Position numbers and translations under genes: made by a program. A stretch of DNA of 47,299 bases from a bacterium (GTDB lineage Bacteria > Auribacterota > UBA3054): positions 1 through 47,299 of the forward strand of contig JAFYHD010000104.1 of the NCBI GenBank assembly GCA_017539325.1. The letters run 5' to 3'. This document shows positions 7,986 to 17,428 of this stretch, piece after piece. The notes beneath the pieces were generated by a model. The model made no database searches, was not told the DNA's origin, and saw only the letters and a program-made list of their open reading frames with translations. The stretch's first letter is position 1, and the number at the start of each line of letters is the position of its first letter.

Positions 7986-9332
7986 TTAATTGCAAGAAAA
8001 ATCATCGCTGAAATGAGATTCCCGCCAGGCCTTGTTGGCGGCAACGTCTTTTTTGACCACGATGTTTTTGCCGCCGGCGACCAGAACCGAGCCGGCTTTG
8101 GCGTTTCTGGGCTTGGAAACGAACTTTTTATAAGTGTAGATGACGTCAACTTTAGCAAGGTCCGGAGCCTTGGAAAGCGCGGCGCAGAGCTCGGCCGCTT
8201 CCTTCCAGGCGGCGGGCGTGATCTCTCTCCCCTTCTCCGCCCTTATGATGGCGTGGCTTCCGGGATAGTCCCTGACGTGCAGCCAGCCGTCGTTTCCGTT
8301 GGCAAGACGGATGGTGACGTAGTCGTTGTCGCTTGCGCTGCGGCCGATGATTATTTTGAAACCGTCGCTTGAAGTGCAGCGGTAAACTTTATAGGGGCCG
8401 TCGGGATTAGCTTTCTTTACAGGCTTTTCTTTCTTTGAAGGCTTGGCTTCCGCCGGACTGTTAAGAGCTTTGAGTTCAGCCAAAGAACAGGCTGAGACCT
8501 TGGCAAGTTTTTCTTTCAGTACGGCGAGTTCCGCTTCCGTCGCGTCATGGCGCTTCTGGAGAGTTTCGTAACCTCTCTCGGCTTTTTGGGCGAGCTGGTA
8601 ATAGTGCGTGACGTTGTCCTTGGGAGATCTGCCTTCCAAAAGTTTTATTTCTACGGTGGGAGCGTCCGGTTCGAAAACATCCTGGAGCTCGATAGTGGTC
8701 TGCCTCGGAGAGATCTGGTTGTAGTTTATCTTAAGAAGGTCTCCCAATCTGCGGTAATGGTCGGCATTCTGGGCTTTTTGGAGATCTTCCTCGATCTTCT
8801 GAAGCTTCTTTTCCGTCTTGGAAAATTCTTTTTCAAACTTTCTTGTGAGAGCGTCCCTGATGAGCGAGGTCTCCAGTTCTTCCGCTTTTTGCTTAAGCTC
8901 CTCTAATGTGATCGTCCCCCATTCATATCCGGTCGTTCTGTCGGGAGGAGGCGTGTAGGCTTCCTTGGCTTTCAGCCTTTTGCAGTTGGTGGCTTCCACT
9001 ACGCCGCATTCGTCTAAAAGCGTGGCGTGGGCGCCGGCGAAGTGGAGATGCAGTATCCTTCTGTCTGAGAAGTAGAGGCTCACGATGGAAGTCTCGGGAT
9101 GGAAAACGAGCTTCTTAAGATCGACGTCTTTTAAAGTGAGAGCAAGAGTGCCCAGTTGGTCGGTCGCCTCGGGATACTCTTCCTTGGGAGAAGAGTCGCT
9201 GAGAAGCACGGCGTTGATGGGGTTGGGAGCGAGATAGAGATAATAAGTTTTACTGCCTTCAAGACGCAAGACCCAGACCAGACCGTGCCAAAGGCCCAGC
9301 TTCCGTAAACTGAGAGGCAGAGGAAGGTCCAT
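7986..9332 (-). CDS. NFACT-family (DUF814 / RqcH-FbpA-like) RNA-binding protein
   Basis: 448-aa ORF. It has a central coiled coil (KEFSKTEKKLQKIEEDLQKAQ...) followed by an NFACT-R/DUF814-type block 'GFKIIIGRSASDNDYVT...GWLHVRDYPGSHAIIR'. Confidence 0.75.
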   Translation of the reverse strand: MDLPLPLSLRKLGLWHGLVWVLRLEGSKTYYLYLAPNPINAVLLSDSSPKEEYPEATDQLGTLALTLKDVDLKKLVFHPETSIVSLYFSDRRILHLHFAGAHATLLDECGVVEATNCKRLKAKEAYTPPPDRTTGYEWGTITLEELKQKAEELETSLIRDALTRKFEKEFSKTEKKLQKIEEDLQKAQNADHYRRLGDLLKINYNQISPRQTTIELQDVFEPDAPTVEIKLLEGRSPKDNVTHYYQLAQKAERGYETLQKRHDATEAELAVLKEKLAKVSACSLAELKALNSPAEAKPSKKEKPVKKANPDGPYKVYRCTSSDGFKIIIGRSASDNDYVTIRLANGNDGWLHVRDYPGSHAIIRAEKGREITPAAWKEAAELCAALSKAPDLAKVDVIYTYKKFVSKPRNAKAGSVLVAGGKNIVVKKDVAANKAWRESHFSDDFSCN

Positions 9333-9335
9333 GAA

Positions 9336-10556
9336 CTAAACTCCCAGGGCGTCGTAGAGCGCGAAAACTTTCCTTGCGTTGGTCTCCGCGTCGAAACTCC
9401 TTTTGGCGAACTCAGCGGCTTCTTTGCCGCAATTGATTCTCAATTCGTCATCCTCTATGAGGCGTTGCAGCGCGTCGGCAAGAGCTTTATGATCGAAAGG
9501 CTTTACTGTAAGGCCGGTCTCGCCGGGAATGATCTCTTCGCCCGGGCCGTCGATGTCGAAAGCGACTGCCGGTTTGCCGGCGGAGCTTGCCTCGGCGATC
9601 AATCGGGAGAAGTGGGGTTCCAAAAAAGGCACGGCGAGAACATCGCAGGCTGCAACGAGAGGATCGACGTGCGTGGAAGGTCCGCAATAAGTTACTTTGT
9701 CCCAGATGGCGAGTTTGTCGGTCAGAGCCCTTAATTTGTCGGACCAGGAGAGCATGTTGGTGATACGGCGCCAAAGAGGATATTCCTTGGGAAGCTCTAT
9801 GGGACCGACCAGGGCGAGATGGAAATTAACGCCGCGGGCCTTGAGAAGAGCCGCGGCCTTGAGAAGCTTATGCACGCCTTTGGCTCTGGTGAAACGTCCG
9901 AAGTAGCCGATCAGCTTTTTGTCGGGATCGTCCCCTACCAAGGTGTTCCTGAAATTCGCGTCGGGCTCAACGTTCTGGTATTCCTTGACGTCGATGAAGT
10001 CGAAGACGTCGGTAGTGGGAACGTCTTTATTGATGCGCCAGCGGCGGTGTTCGCTCGGGAGCATGAAGACGAAGGCGTTGCCCCAGCGCTTGGTATAGTG
10101 GCGCATCAGCATTCTTCTGAAGCCGACGTATCCGTGGGATAGGACTTCCAGGACGTTGACGACCACGGGTTTTCCCGTAGCGTGCGCGGCTTTCAATATG
10201 CCCGGCACCACTATGGTGTTGATGTGGATAAGGTCAGGGTTCACTTCCTTGAAGATGCGTTTTGCAGTGCGGTAGGAAGTGAACTGCCCCTTCGTCATGC
10301 GGTAGATCAGATGCGGTTTCTTGATGCCGTAGAAACCGTCCGAAATATGCAGGAAAGGAATGGCCCTCTGGTCGATTATGACCTTGTATCCGCTCCTTTC
10401 GAAAAGGTCGGACGCCGAGCTCTTCCTTATGCACCAGATAACCGGGTCGTATTTTTCCTTGTCCAGGTGCTTCAACAGTTCCAGAAGGAGCTGCGGAGCG
10501 CCGCCCATTCCGGAACCATGGTGCACGAAAAGGATCTTTTTTCTTGTGTCAGCCAT
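9336..10556 (-). CDS. Glycosyltransferase family 4 (GT-B, retaining)
   Basis: 406-aa ORF. The N-terminus is 'ILFVHHGSGMGGAP'. The C-terminal half has 'GYFGRFTRAKGVHKLL' and an EX7E-like region 'EPHFSRLIAEASSAGKPAVAFDIDGPGEEI'. Confidence 0.8.
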   Translation of the reverse strand: MADTRKKILFVHHGSGMGGAPQLLLELLKHLDKEKYDPVIWCIRKSSASDLFERSGYKVIIDQRAIPFLHISDGFYGIKKPHLIYRMTKGQFTSYRTAKRIFKEVNPDLIHINTIVVPGILKAAHATGKPVVVNVLEVLSHGYVGFRRMLMRHYTKRWGNAFVFMLPSEHRRWRINKDVPTTDVFDFIDVKEYQNVEPDANFRNTLVGDDPDKKLIGYFGRFTRAKGVHKLLKAAALLKARGVNFHLALVGPIELPKEYPLWRRITNMLSWSDKLRALTDKLAIWDKVTYCGPSTHVDPLVAACDVLAVPFLEPHFSRLIAEASSAGKPAVAFDIDGPGEEIIPGETGLTVKPFDHKALADALQRLIEDDELRINCGKEAAEFAKRSFDAETNARKVFALYDALGV

Positions 10557-10565
10557 GGGAATGGC

Positions 10566-11501
10566 CTATTTCGTCCTGAAAGCTTTAATCTCTTTGGCGA
10601 TCATCTTCACCAGCTCGACTCTAGACTCATAGCTGGCCCAGGAGATGTGCGGGGTAAGGATGATCTTGTCAGGGTCGTTGACCTGGAAGTAGGGATGGTT
10701 GAAAGGCAGAGGCTCCTGAGTGTAGGTGTCGCAGGCCGCGCCGGAAATGGTGTAGTCGTTCAGGCACTGCACAAGATCCTCTTCGTTAATGATCCCGGCG
10801 CCGCCGAAGTTCAGAACGCAGGCTGTCGGGCGCATTAGCTTCATCATCTTGTTGGTGATGAGGTTTATCGTCTGGGAGTTGGCGGGAGCATGGACGGAAA
10901 CAACATCAGAGCGCCTCATCAGATCTTCCATCGTGACAGCCTCGTAGCTTCCCACGGGCTCCTCATCCCTCAGAGGATAGTAGATTATCTTCATTCCCAG
11001 CGTCGTCGCCATTTCAGCGACCCTGACGCCGATCTTGTTCATGCCGATGATGCCCCAGGTCTTGCCGATGATGTCGAAGAAATTCTGACTGCTGTCGGTG
11101 AAGGAGTGGCTTCTGGAATAGGCGCCGGACTTCACCGATTTGTCGAAGTAGTGGAATTTGCAGACAAGGTTCAGCATAGCCGCGACCGTGCACTGCGCGA
11201 TCGAATTCACGGCGAACCCCGTGATCCCGACGACCTTGATGCCGTTCTGTTTGGCGTATTCCAGATCGATGTTGGGAATATTGGAGTCGATCGTCACGAT
11301 CAGCTTAAGATTGCGGGCGCGCTCCATGTTGATGGCGCGGATGGGAACGTGGCTGGCCACCACGCATTCGCAGTTTTTGATACGTTCAGTAAGGTCAAGA
11401 GCGCCTGAACTGGCGTAGACCATGAGAGCCCCCTGCTCTGCTATGGGCGAGAGATCAAGCATGCCGAGCGAATCGGCGTCCAAAAAAACGATATTGAACA
11501 T
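10566..11501 (-). CDS. D-isomer-specific 2-hydroxyacid dehydrogenase (glycerate/hydroxypyruvate reductase-like)
   Basis: 311 aa. NAD-binding motif 'GIIGMNKIGVRVA', 'SVHAPAN', 'LNFGGAGIINEEDL' and the catalytic His context 'ILTPHISWAS'. Confidence 0.85.
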   Translation of the reverse strand: MFNIVFLDADSLGMLDLSPIAEQGALMVYASSGALDLTERIKNCECVVASHVPIRAINMERARNLKLIVTIDSNIPNIDLEYAKQNGIKVVGITGFAVNSIAQCTVAAMLNLVCKFHYFDKSVKSGAYSRSHSFTDSSQNFFDIIGKTWGIIGMNKIGVRVAEMATTLGMKIIYYPLRDEEPVGSYEAVTMEDLMRRSDVVSVHAPANSQTINLITNKMMKLMRPTACVLNFGGAGIINEEDLVQCLNDYTISGAACDTYTQEPLPFNHPYFQVNDPDKIILTPHISWASYESRVELVKMIAKEIKAFRTK

Positions 11502-11554
11502 AAACTATGATTGGTTGATTGATTAACGGTTGGATATCTCTACTAATCGGTCAA

Positions 11555-11563
11555 ATTATAACA
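11555..11563 (-). promoter_or_regulatory. Candidate extended -10 element (TGTTATAAT) for the 11501-to-9336 genes
   Basis: The minus strand reads TGTTATAAT inside the conspicuously AT-rich 177-nt gap 11502-11678, 53 nt upstream of the ATG at 11501. Confidence 0.35.
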
Positions 11564-11678
11564 GAATTCAACTTAAAATGGAAGGAATCAATTTCCTAAT
11601 TTTTCTTTTAATATTCTAATATTTTTCAACTGTGAGACAATGTTTTTTTAAGACATGCCACGCTTGAAATAAAGAACA

Positions 11679-12545
11679 TCAGATCAGACTTTTCAACTTG
11701 GCCAATATCAGATCGATATCGGATTGCGGAGTGGAAGCGCCGGCCGTGACGCCTATCCTGCGGTAAGGTGTGAGCTCTTTCGGCTCCCAGTTCGCGGGAT
11801 CTGTAACGAAGAAAGTCGCTTTGCCGCTGCCCCTGCAGATCTCAGCAAGACGGTTGCTGTTCGCGCTGCCAATTCCTCCTATGACGACCATGGCGTCGCA
11901 AGTTTCACAAAGGGAGAGCGCTTCCTTCTGACGCTTTTCCGTCGCCTGGCAGCGCGTGTTGCGGATCTTGGCAAAGGGGAATTTATCTAAGATAGCCTTT
12001 GTGACCGCTTCGAAAGTGGAACTGTCGAGCGTCGATTGGCAGACGACGGTGAAAGGCTTGGTAAAATTCAATGAGGCGACTTCCTCGACTGAACTGACGA
12101 CCGTCCCCTCTTTGGCGAAACTCATGAGCCCCGTCACTTCCGCGTGCCCCTTGTCGCCCAGGATGACGACAGGTTCTCCTTCTTCCGCGGCGCGCTCAAT
12201 GATTCTCCTTATGGCGATGACGTGCGGGCAGGTGCCGTCCAGGATGTCGAGAGCATTATCTTTCAAAAGGGCGTACTGCTCTTTGGGGACGCCGTGGGCC
12301 CTGACAAGAAGCTTCGCGTTTTTGGGAAGCTTTTTTATCTCTTCCTCGCCGAGCGAGGAACTGAGGACGCTCATGCCCTTTTTCCCCAGGGCTTCTATGA
12401 CGGAAGGATTGTGGATCAAGGGGCCGAGCGAGCAGAGCGCTTTAGTGGGCTCCTTTTCCAAAGAATCGTTGGCCAGCTGCACCGCGCGCTTGACGCCCGC
12501 GCAGAAACCGGCTTCCCTGGCGACTATGATCTCGCGTTCCATCAT
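11679..12545 (-). CDS. ispH: 4-hydroxy-3-methylbut-2-enyl diphosphate reductase
   Basis: 288 aa with 'AREAGFCAGVKRAV', 'GPLIHNPSV', 'DGTCPHV' and 'NTRCQATEKRQ', i.e. the three conserved Cys contexts of IspH/LytB. Confidence 0.92.
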   Translation of the reverse strand: MMEREIIVAREAGFCAGVKRAVQLANDSLEKEPTKALCSLGPLIHNPSVIEALGKKGMSVLSSSLGEEEIKKLPKNAKLLVRAHGVPKEQYALLKDNALDILDGTCPHVIAIRRIIERAAEEGEPVVILGDKGHAEVTGLMSFAKEGTVVSSVEEVASLNFTKPFTVVCQSTLDSSTFEAVTKAILDKFPFAKIRNTRCQATEKRQKEALSLCETCDAMVVIGGIGSANSNRLAEICRGSGKATFFVTDPANWEPKELTPYRRIGVTAGASTPQSDIDLILAKLKSLI

Positions 12546-13201
12546 TCCTCCTCGACCTTTACCTGGATGCGTTCGTAACGCCTAAGCGACGAGGTTATCT
12601 TTTCAACGTACCCGGCGTATTCTTCTTCGCTGACGTTGCCAAGGCAGGGCGCGCAGCAGCGTTCTATCTGGTAATAGAGGCAGGGCTTGCCCTTTTTCAG
12701 CTGATTGACGGTGCAGCGCCTGAGTTTGAAGCGGTCGCGGTAGCGCCGCAAAAGCTCGTCGGCGGAAACGCCCACTATGAAGGGACCGAAGTAGCGGCTG
12801 CCTTTTTTCAAATGACGGTGCGCCGGAATAAGCCGCGGGAAGGGCTCCATCACCGTCAGCTCCAGGGAGGGATAACTCTTGTCGTCTCGCCCTAAAACGT
12901 TGTAGCGCGGCAGATATTTCTTGATGAGTTCGTCCTCAAGCAGAAAAGCCTTCGCTTCGTTTCCGGTGATCCTGAACTCGATCTTCCTCACCTTCTCGAC
13001 AAGGAAAGGCACGCTCCTTCTTCCGTCCCCGCCAGGACGAAAATACTGCTGCATCCTCAGCTTCAGGTTCACGGCCTTGCCGACGTAGATGACGGTCCCC
13101 TCCTCGTCGTACATGAGATAGACTCCGGTCGCCTTGGGAGCGTCCTTGTAACCCGGAGCTGTCTCCATTACGCTGATAGGCTCATCAGAGGAAACGGCCA
13201 T
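12542..13201 (-). CDS. Stand-alone UvrC N-terminal domain protein (GIY-YIG nuclease plus Cys-rich region)
   Basis: 219 aa. GIY-YIG elements are 'GVYLMY', 'VIYVGKAVNLKLRMQQY' and 'LLEDELIKKYLPRYN'. The UvrC-type Cys cluster is 'RRCTVN...KPCLYYQIERCCAPC'. The ORF ends just inside what would be the UVR domain. Its stop overlaps the ispH start (ATGA at 12542-12545). Confidence 0.75.
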   Translation of the reverse strand: MAVSSDEPISVMETAPGYKDAPKATGVYLMYDEEGTVIYVGKAVNLKLRMQQYFRPGGDGRRSVPFLVEKVRKIEFRITGNEAKAFLLEDELIKKYLPRYNVLGRDDKSYPSLELTVMEPFPRLIPAHRHLKKGSRYFGPFIVGVSADELLRRYRDRFKLRRCTVNQLKKGKPCLYYQIERCCAPCLGNVSEEEYAGYVEKITSSLRRYERIQVKVEEE

Positions 13202-14512
13202 TTACTTGACAGCGGGACGACCTATGCTGTAATAGGTGAAGCCCAGTTCCTTCATTTCGGAAGGCGAATACTGGTTGCGGCCGTCGAAGATGACAGGCTG
13301 CTTCAAAAGTTCCTTGATACGCGGGAAATCCGGAACTCTGAATTCGTTCCATTCGGTCAGAAGCATCAGTGCGTCGCAGTCTTTGAGCGCTTCGTAAGCT
13401 TCGTCGCAATAAGTGATCGTGTCGCCGAAGACAGCCTTGGCGGTCTCTTTCGCCACCGGGTCGTAGCCCTTGACCTTAGCTCCGGCTTCCAAAAGCAGCT
13501 TTACGATGATCTGCGAAGGAGCGTCGCGCATATCGTCGGTCTGAGGTTTGAAAGCCAGTCCCCAAAGGCCGAAAGTCTTGCCCTTAAGGTCGCCCTTGAA
13601 ATGTTCCTTGGCCAATTCGAAAAGCACTTCTTTCTGCCTGGCGTTGACCTTTTCGATGGCGTCTATCATGATCGGCTCATAATCGTTCTCCCTGGCCGTG
13701 GCAGCCAAGGCCTTAACGTCTTTCGGGAAGCAGGAGCCGCCGTAGCCGATGCCGGAATAGAGGAAGCGGCGTCCGATGCGGGAGTCGAGCCCCATCGCGA
13801 TCCTGACTTTCGTAACGTCCGCGCCGACTTTCGAGCAGATGTTGGCGATCTCGTTCATAAAGGAGATCCTGGCGGCCAGCATGCAGTTCGAGGCGTATTT
13901 GCACATCTCGGCGGACTTGTTGTCCATGACAAGGATGTCTGCGCCGGATTTGGTGAAGGGATCGTAGAGGATGCGCATGATCTCGGCGGCCTTCTCGCTG
14001 GTCGTGCCGATGACCACGCGCTCAGGTTTAAGGAAATCATCCAAAGCCGCGCCTTCCTTTAAAAACTCGGGGTTCGAGACAACGTCGAAAGGCTGCGTGG
14101 TGCCCTGGGAGAGCACTTCCTTGACTTTTGCGGCCGTGCCGACGGGGACCGTGCTCTTGTTGACGACGATCTTGTAGCCGTTGAAGTAAGGCGCGATCTC
14201 TTTCATGACCGCCCAGACGGCGGAAAGGTCCGCTTTGCCGTCTTTGCCGGTCGGGGTTCCCACCGCGGAAAAAATAACGTCGGAATTTTCGATGGCATAG
14301 CGCATGTCGGTCGTGGGAACAAGGCGCTTGGCGGCCAAATTGCGCTTGACCATCTCCTCCAGGCCGGGCTCGAAAATAGGGATCTCGCCATTAAGCAGTT
14401 TTTTAATCTTCGCTTCGATCTTGTCGACGGTAATGACAGTGTTGCCGCTGTCAGCGAAACAGGTGGCGGCCACTAAGCCGACGTATCCGGTACCGATCAC
14501 TGCTACTCTCAT
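13202..14512 (-). CDS. ugd: UDP-glucose 6-dehydrogenase
   Basis: 436 aa with 'MRVAVIGTGYVGLV', 'NPEFLKEGAA', the catalytic Cys context 'GIGYGGSCFPKDV' and 'GLAFKPQTDDMRDAP'. Confidence 0.92.
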   Translation of the reverse strand: MRVAVIGTGYVGLVAATCFADSGNTVITVDKIEAKIKKLLNGEIPIFEPGLEEMVKRNLAAKRLVPTTDMRYAIENSDVIFSAVGTPTGKDGKADLSAVWAVMKEIAPYFNGYKIVVNKSTVPVGTAAKVKEVLSQGTTQPFDVVSNPEFLKEGAALDDFLKPERVVIGTTSEKAAEIMRILYDPFTKSGADILVMDNKSAEMCKYASNCMLAARISFMNEIANICSKVGADVTKVRIAMGLDSRIGRRFLYSGIGYGGSCFPKDVKALAATARENDYEPIMIDAIEKVNARQKEVLFELAKEHFKGDLKGKTFGLWGLAFKPQTDDMRDAPSQIIVKLLLEAGAKVKGYDPVAKETAKAVFGDTITYCDEAYEALKDCDALMLLTEWNEFRVPDFPRIKELLKQPVIFDGRNQYSPSEMKELGFTYYSIGRPAVK

Positions 14513-14527
14513 TTTGCGCTCCTTATT

Positions 14528-15730
14528 TTAACGAATGACTTTCAAAAACTTTCTCTTGCCAACTTTCAGAATGAAGCTGTCGGCTTTCGGCATGGTAAGG
14601 TTGAAGCCCGTCACTTTCTCGCCGTCGCAAGTCACGCCGCCCTGCTGGATGACTCTCCTGGCTTCGCTCTTCGTGGCGGCCAGTTTGTTCTCCACCAGAA
14701 GCTCGAGAAGGTCAAGCTCGGGAACTCCGCCCTCTTTCAGCTTGTATTCCGGGATATCGTCCGGGATCTCTTTGTTGCTGAAAACATTTTCAAAATTGGC
14801 GATGGCCGCGTCCGCGGCCTCCTTGCCGTCGTAGATCTCAGTGATGGCGTGCGCCATGGCTTTTTTGACCGTCATCGGATGGACGGTGCCGTCCTTGACG
14901 CCCTTCTTCCATTCCGCGATCTGCTCCATGGGAATGTCGGTCAAAAGCTCAAGGTACTTGAACATCAGCTCGTCGTTGACGGACATCAGTTTGCCGACTT
15001 TCTCATTCGGGGGATCGGCGATGGCGACGTAGTTGCCGTAGGATTTCGACATCTTCCTGACGCCGTCAAGGCCTTCCAGCAAAGGCATAGTGAGGCAGAC
15101 CTGAGGCTCTTGGCCAGCTTCTCTCTGCAGGTCACGGCCGACCATAAGGTTGAAGGTCTGGTCGTTGCCGCCCAGCTCCACGTCGGCTTTCAGAACGACC
15201 GAGTCGTAGCCCTGCATGAGAGGATAGACGAATTCGTGCATGTGGATGGGAAGATTGGCCTGGAAGCGCTTCTGGAAATCGTCGCGCTCCAGAGTCCTCG
15301 CCAAGGTCGCCTGCGCCAACAAAGCGATCACTTCCTTGAAAGTCATCTTCGAGAACCACTCGCCGTTGTAGCGGACGATAAGCTTGTCTCTGTCGAGGAT
15401 GCGGGAAGCCTGCTCAAGGTAGTGCTCGGCGTTCTTCAGGACCTGCTCCTCCGTGATCTGCGGGCGCGTCTTGTCGCGGCCGGTCGGATCGCCCACCTGG
15501 GCCGTGAAGGAGCCTATGAGAAGCACGGCCTGGTGGCCGAGATCCTGGAACTGCCTGAGCTTTCTCAATACCACGGTAAAGCCCAAGTGAAGGTCGGCGG
15601 CCGTCGGGTCGACGCCCAGCTTGACGATCAAGGGTTTGCCCTTGGCGAGTTTCGTTTTAAGTTCTTCCCTTTCCGTAATGGTCATGGCGCCTCTTTCCAA
15701 GATCGCCATCTGTTCCTCAACTGGTCTCAT
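14528..15730 (-). CDS. tyrS: Tyrosine--tRNA ligase
   Basis: 400 aa. Class I signatures are 'DLHLGF' (HIGH-type) and 'KMSKS'. The C-terminal S4-like domain has 'SEARRVIQQGGV'. Confidence 0.93.
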   Translation of the reverse strand: MRPVEEQMAILERGAMTITEREELKTKLAKGKPLIVKLGVDPTAADLHLGFTVVLRKLRQFQDLGHQAVLLIGSFTAQVGDPTGRDKTRPQITEEQVLKNAEHYLEQASRILDRDKLIVRYNGEWFSKMTFKEVIALLAQATLARTLERDDFQKRFQANLPIHMHEFVYPLMQGYDSVVLKADVELGGNDQTFNLMVGRDLQREAGQEPQVCLTMPLLEGLDGVRKMSKSYGNYVAIADPPNEKVGKLMSVNDELMFKYLELLTDIPMEQIAEWKKGVKDGTVHPMTVKKAMAHAITEIYDGKEAADAAIANFENVFSNKEIPDDIPEYKLKEGGVPELDLLELLVENKLAATKSEARRVIQQGGVTCDGEKVTGFNLTMPKADSFILKVGKRKFLKVIR

Positions 15731-15787
15731 ATTTATCCTTAATTTATTTTTTACGTGATTTTATCAGAAGCTTTGAATTATGGCAAT

Positions 15788-17422
15788 TTACTGCCCGTCC
15801 CTTACTCCGTGCAGAAGCATCTTCATCTGCGCCATCTTCTCCTCGCTGGCGGCCATGATGAGAAGCTCGTCGCCTTCCTGGATGACCGTGGAGCCGTTCG
15901 GCGTGATGAAGTCGCTGCCTCTCTTTATGCCCATGACAAGGCAGGATTTGGGGAAGGACATGGAGAGAAGCGAACGGTTGATGCACTGGTCTCCCGGACA
16001 TACGGTGAAACTGTCAAGGTTCGACTGGAAGGAATCGGAGACTTCCAATCCGAAATCGCTGGTCTTGCTCTTGTCCTCGGGGATGGTGACGTCCAGAAGC
16101 TTTCCGGCCCAGACTAAGCTCGAGCCCTGGAAAAGCACCGAGGAGAAGGAAATGCAGCAGACCATGAAGAAGATCGCCCGCGCCATCGGGTCGTGAACGC
16201 CGAAAGCGACAAGAGGGTACGTCGCGAAAACGATCGGCACAGCGCCCCTCAAGCCCACCCAGGAAACGAAGAGCTTGTCCTTTATGGGCATCTTGAAAAA
16301 GTGCAGGCACAGGAAAACGGAGATGGGGCGAGCCACGAACATCAGAAGCGCCGAGACCGCGAGTCCGAAGCCGATGTAAGGCTTGAAACGCTCGAAGGGC
16401 GCCGCCAGAAGTCCCAGCATAATGAACATCGTGATCTGCATGAGCCAGGCGAAGCCGTCGAAGAAACGCGACATGCTTCGTTTGTGGATGATGTTCGCGT
16501 TGCCCAAGACCATCGCGGAGATATAGACCGCCAAAAAGCAGTTGCCGCCCAGGTGCTCCGCCGCGGAGTAAACGATCAAGGTCATGCTGATGACCAAAAC
16601 GGAATAGAGCCCGTCCGCCTCCAGTCTGATGCGGCGCATGATGAAACTCATGCCGTGACCCAGCGTATAGCCTACGAAAGCGCCGACGATCATGCCCTTC
16701 GCGAGCGTAAGAAGCATATTGCCGGGCGCGCACTGCCCCATGCACAGGTCGATGCAGGTGACGGTCAAAAAGTAAGCCATCGGGTCGTTGGAACCGCTCT
16801 CAAGCTCCAAGAGAGGCCTGAGGTCGTTCTTGAAGTCGAGATTCTTGGTCCTGAAGATGCCGAAGACGCTCGCCGCGTCGGTAGAGGAAACGATGGAGCC
16901 GAGAAGCAAGGCGTAAGGCCAGGTGAAATTCTTCCAATGGAAAAGATAGGCCAGAAGCATCGTCAGCGAGCCCAATATTCCGGCCGTTACAAGAACGCCG
17001 ATCGTCGAAAGGACGATTCCCTTGTAGAGAACCGGCTTTATCTTGTAGAACTTCGTCTCAAGACCGCCGTAGAAGAGGATGAATATAAGGGCGAAGTCGC
17101 CCAGGCCTCTCGCCACCGCGATGCTCGAGAAATCGAGCCCGTACTCCCCTGCCAAAAATCCCACGAAGAGGAAAAGCGCGAGGATCGGGATGCCGGTGCG
17201 GCTGATCGTTCGGCTGAAGATGATCGACAGGAAGAAAAGGATCGCGCCGATCAGGAGGAAGTTTTCCGTCGAAAGCTTGATGAAGCCCTTGGCGGTCTCA
17301 GTGACAACGTTTGTACTGCAGGGAACAGAAACGGAAACGGCAGCGTAAAGGTCGGTCAGAGACGGGATCGTCTCAGAGACCAGACTCTCAAAGCTTTGAG
17401 TTAAAACTTGTTCCACTGCCAT
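15788..17422 (-). CDS. CPA1-family K+(Na+)/H+ antiporter (NhaP2/CvrA-like) with C-terminal RCK_C domain
   Basis: 544 aa and polytopic. It has 'LESGSNDPMA' and a C-terminal soluble TrkA-C-like segment 'VMGIKRGSDFITPNGSTVIQEGDELLIMA'. Confidence 0.85.
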   Translation of the reverse strand: MAVEQVLTQSFESLVSETIPSLTDLYAAVSVSVPCSTNVVTETAKGFIKLSTENFLLIGAILFFLSIIFSRTISRTGIPILALFLFVGFLAGEYGLDFSSIAVARGLGDFALIFILFYGGLETKFYKIKPVLYKGIVLSTIGVLVTAGILGSLTMLLAYLFHWKNFTWPYALLLGSIVSSTDAASVFGIFRTKNLDFKNDLRPLLELESGSNDPMAYFLTVTCIDLCMGQCAPGNMLLTLAKGMIVGAFVGYTLGHGMSFIMRRIRLEADGLYSVLVISMTLIVYSAAEHLGGNCFLAVYISAMVLGNANIIHKRSMSRFFDGFAWLMQITMFIMLGLLAAPFERFKPYIGFGLAVSALLMFVARPISVFLCLHFFKMPIKDKLFVSWVGLRGAVPIVFATYPLVAFGVHDPMARAIFFMVCCISFSSVLFQGSSLVWAGKLLDVTIPEDKSKTSDFGLEVSDSFQSNLDSFTVCPGDQCINRSLLSMSFPKSCLVMGIKRGSDFITPNGSTVIQEGDELLIMAASEEKMAQMKMLLHGVRDGQ

Positions 17423-17428
17423 AAAAGA

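Noticed and set aside
15731-15787. A T-box leader upstream of tyrS, and a c-di-AMP (ydaO/kimA-type) riboswitch upstream of the ktrB-like gene at 23398-23436.
   Set aside because: The available non-coding DNA is 57 nt and about 40 nt respectively. That is far too short for either RNA (both need well over 100 nt), and no specifier or T-box sequence elements are visible.
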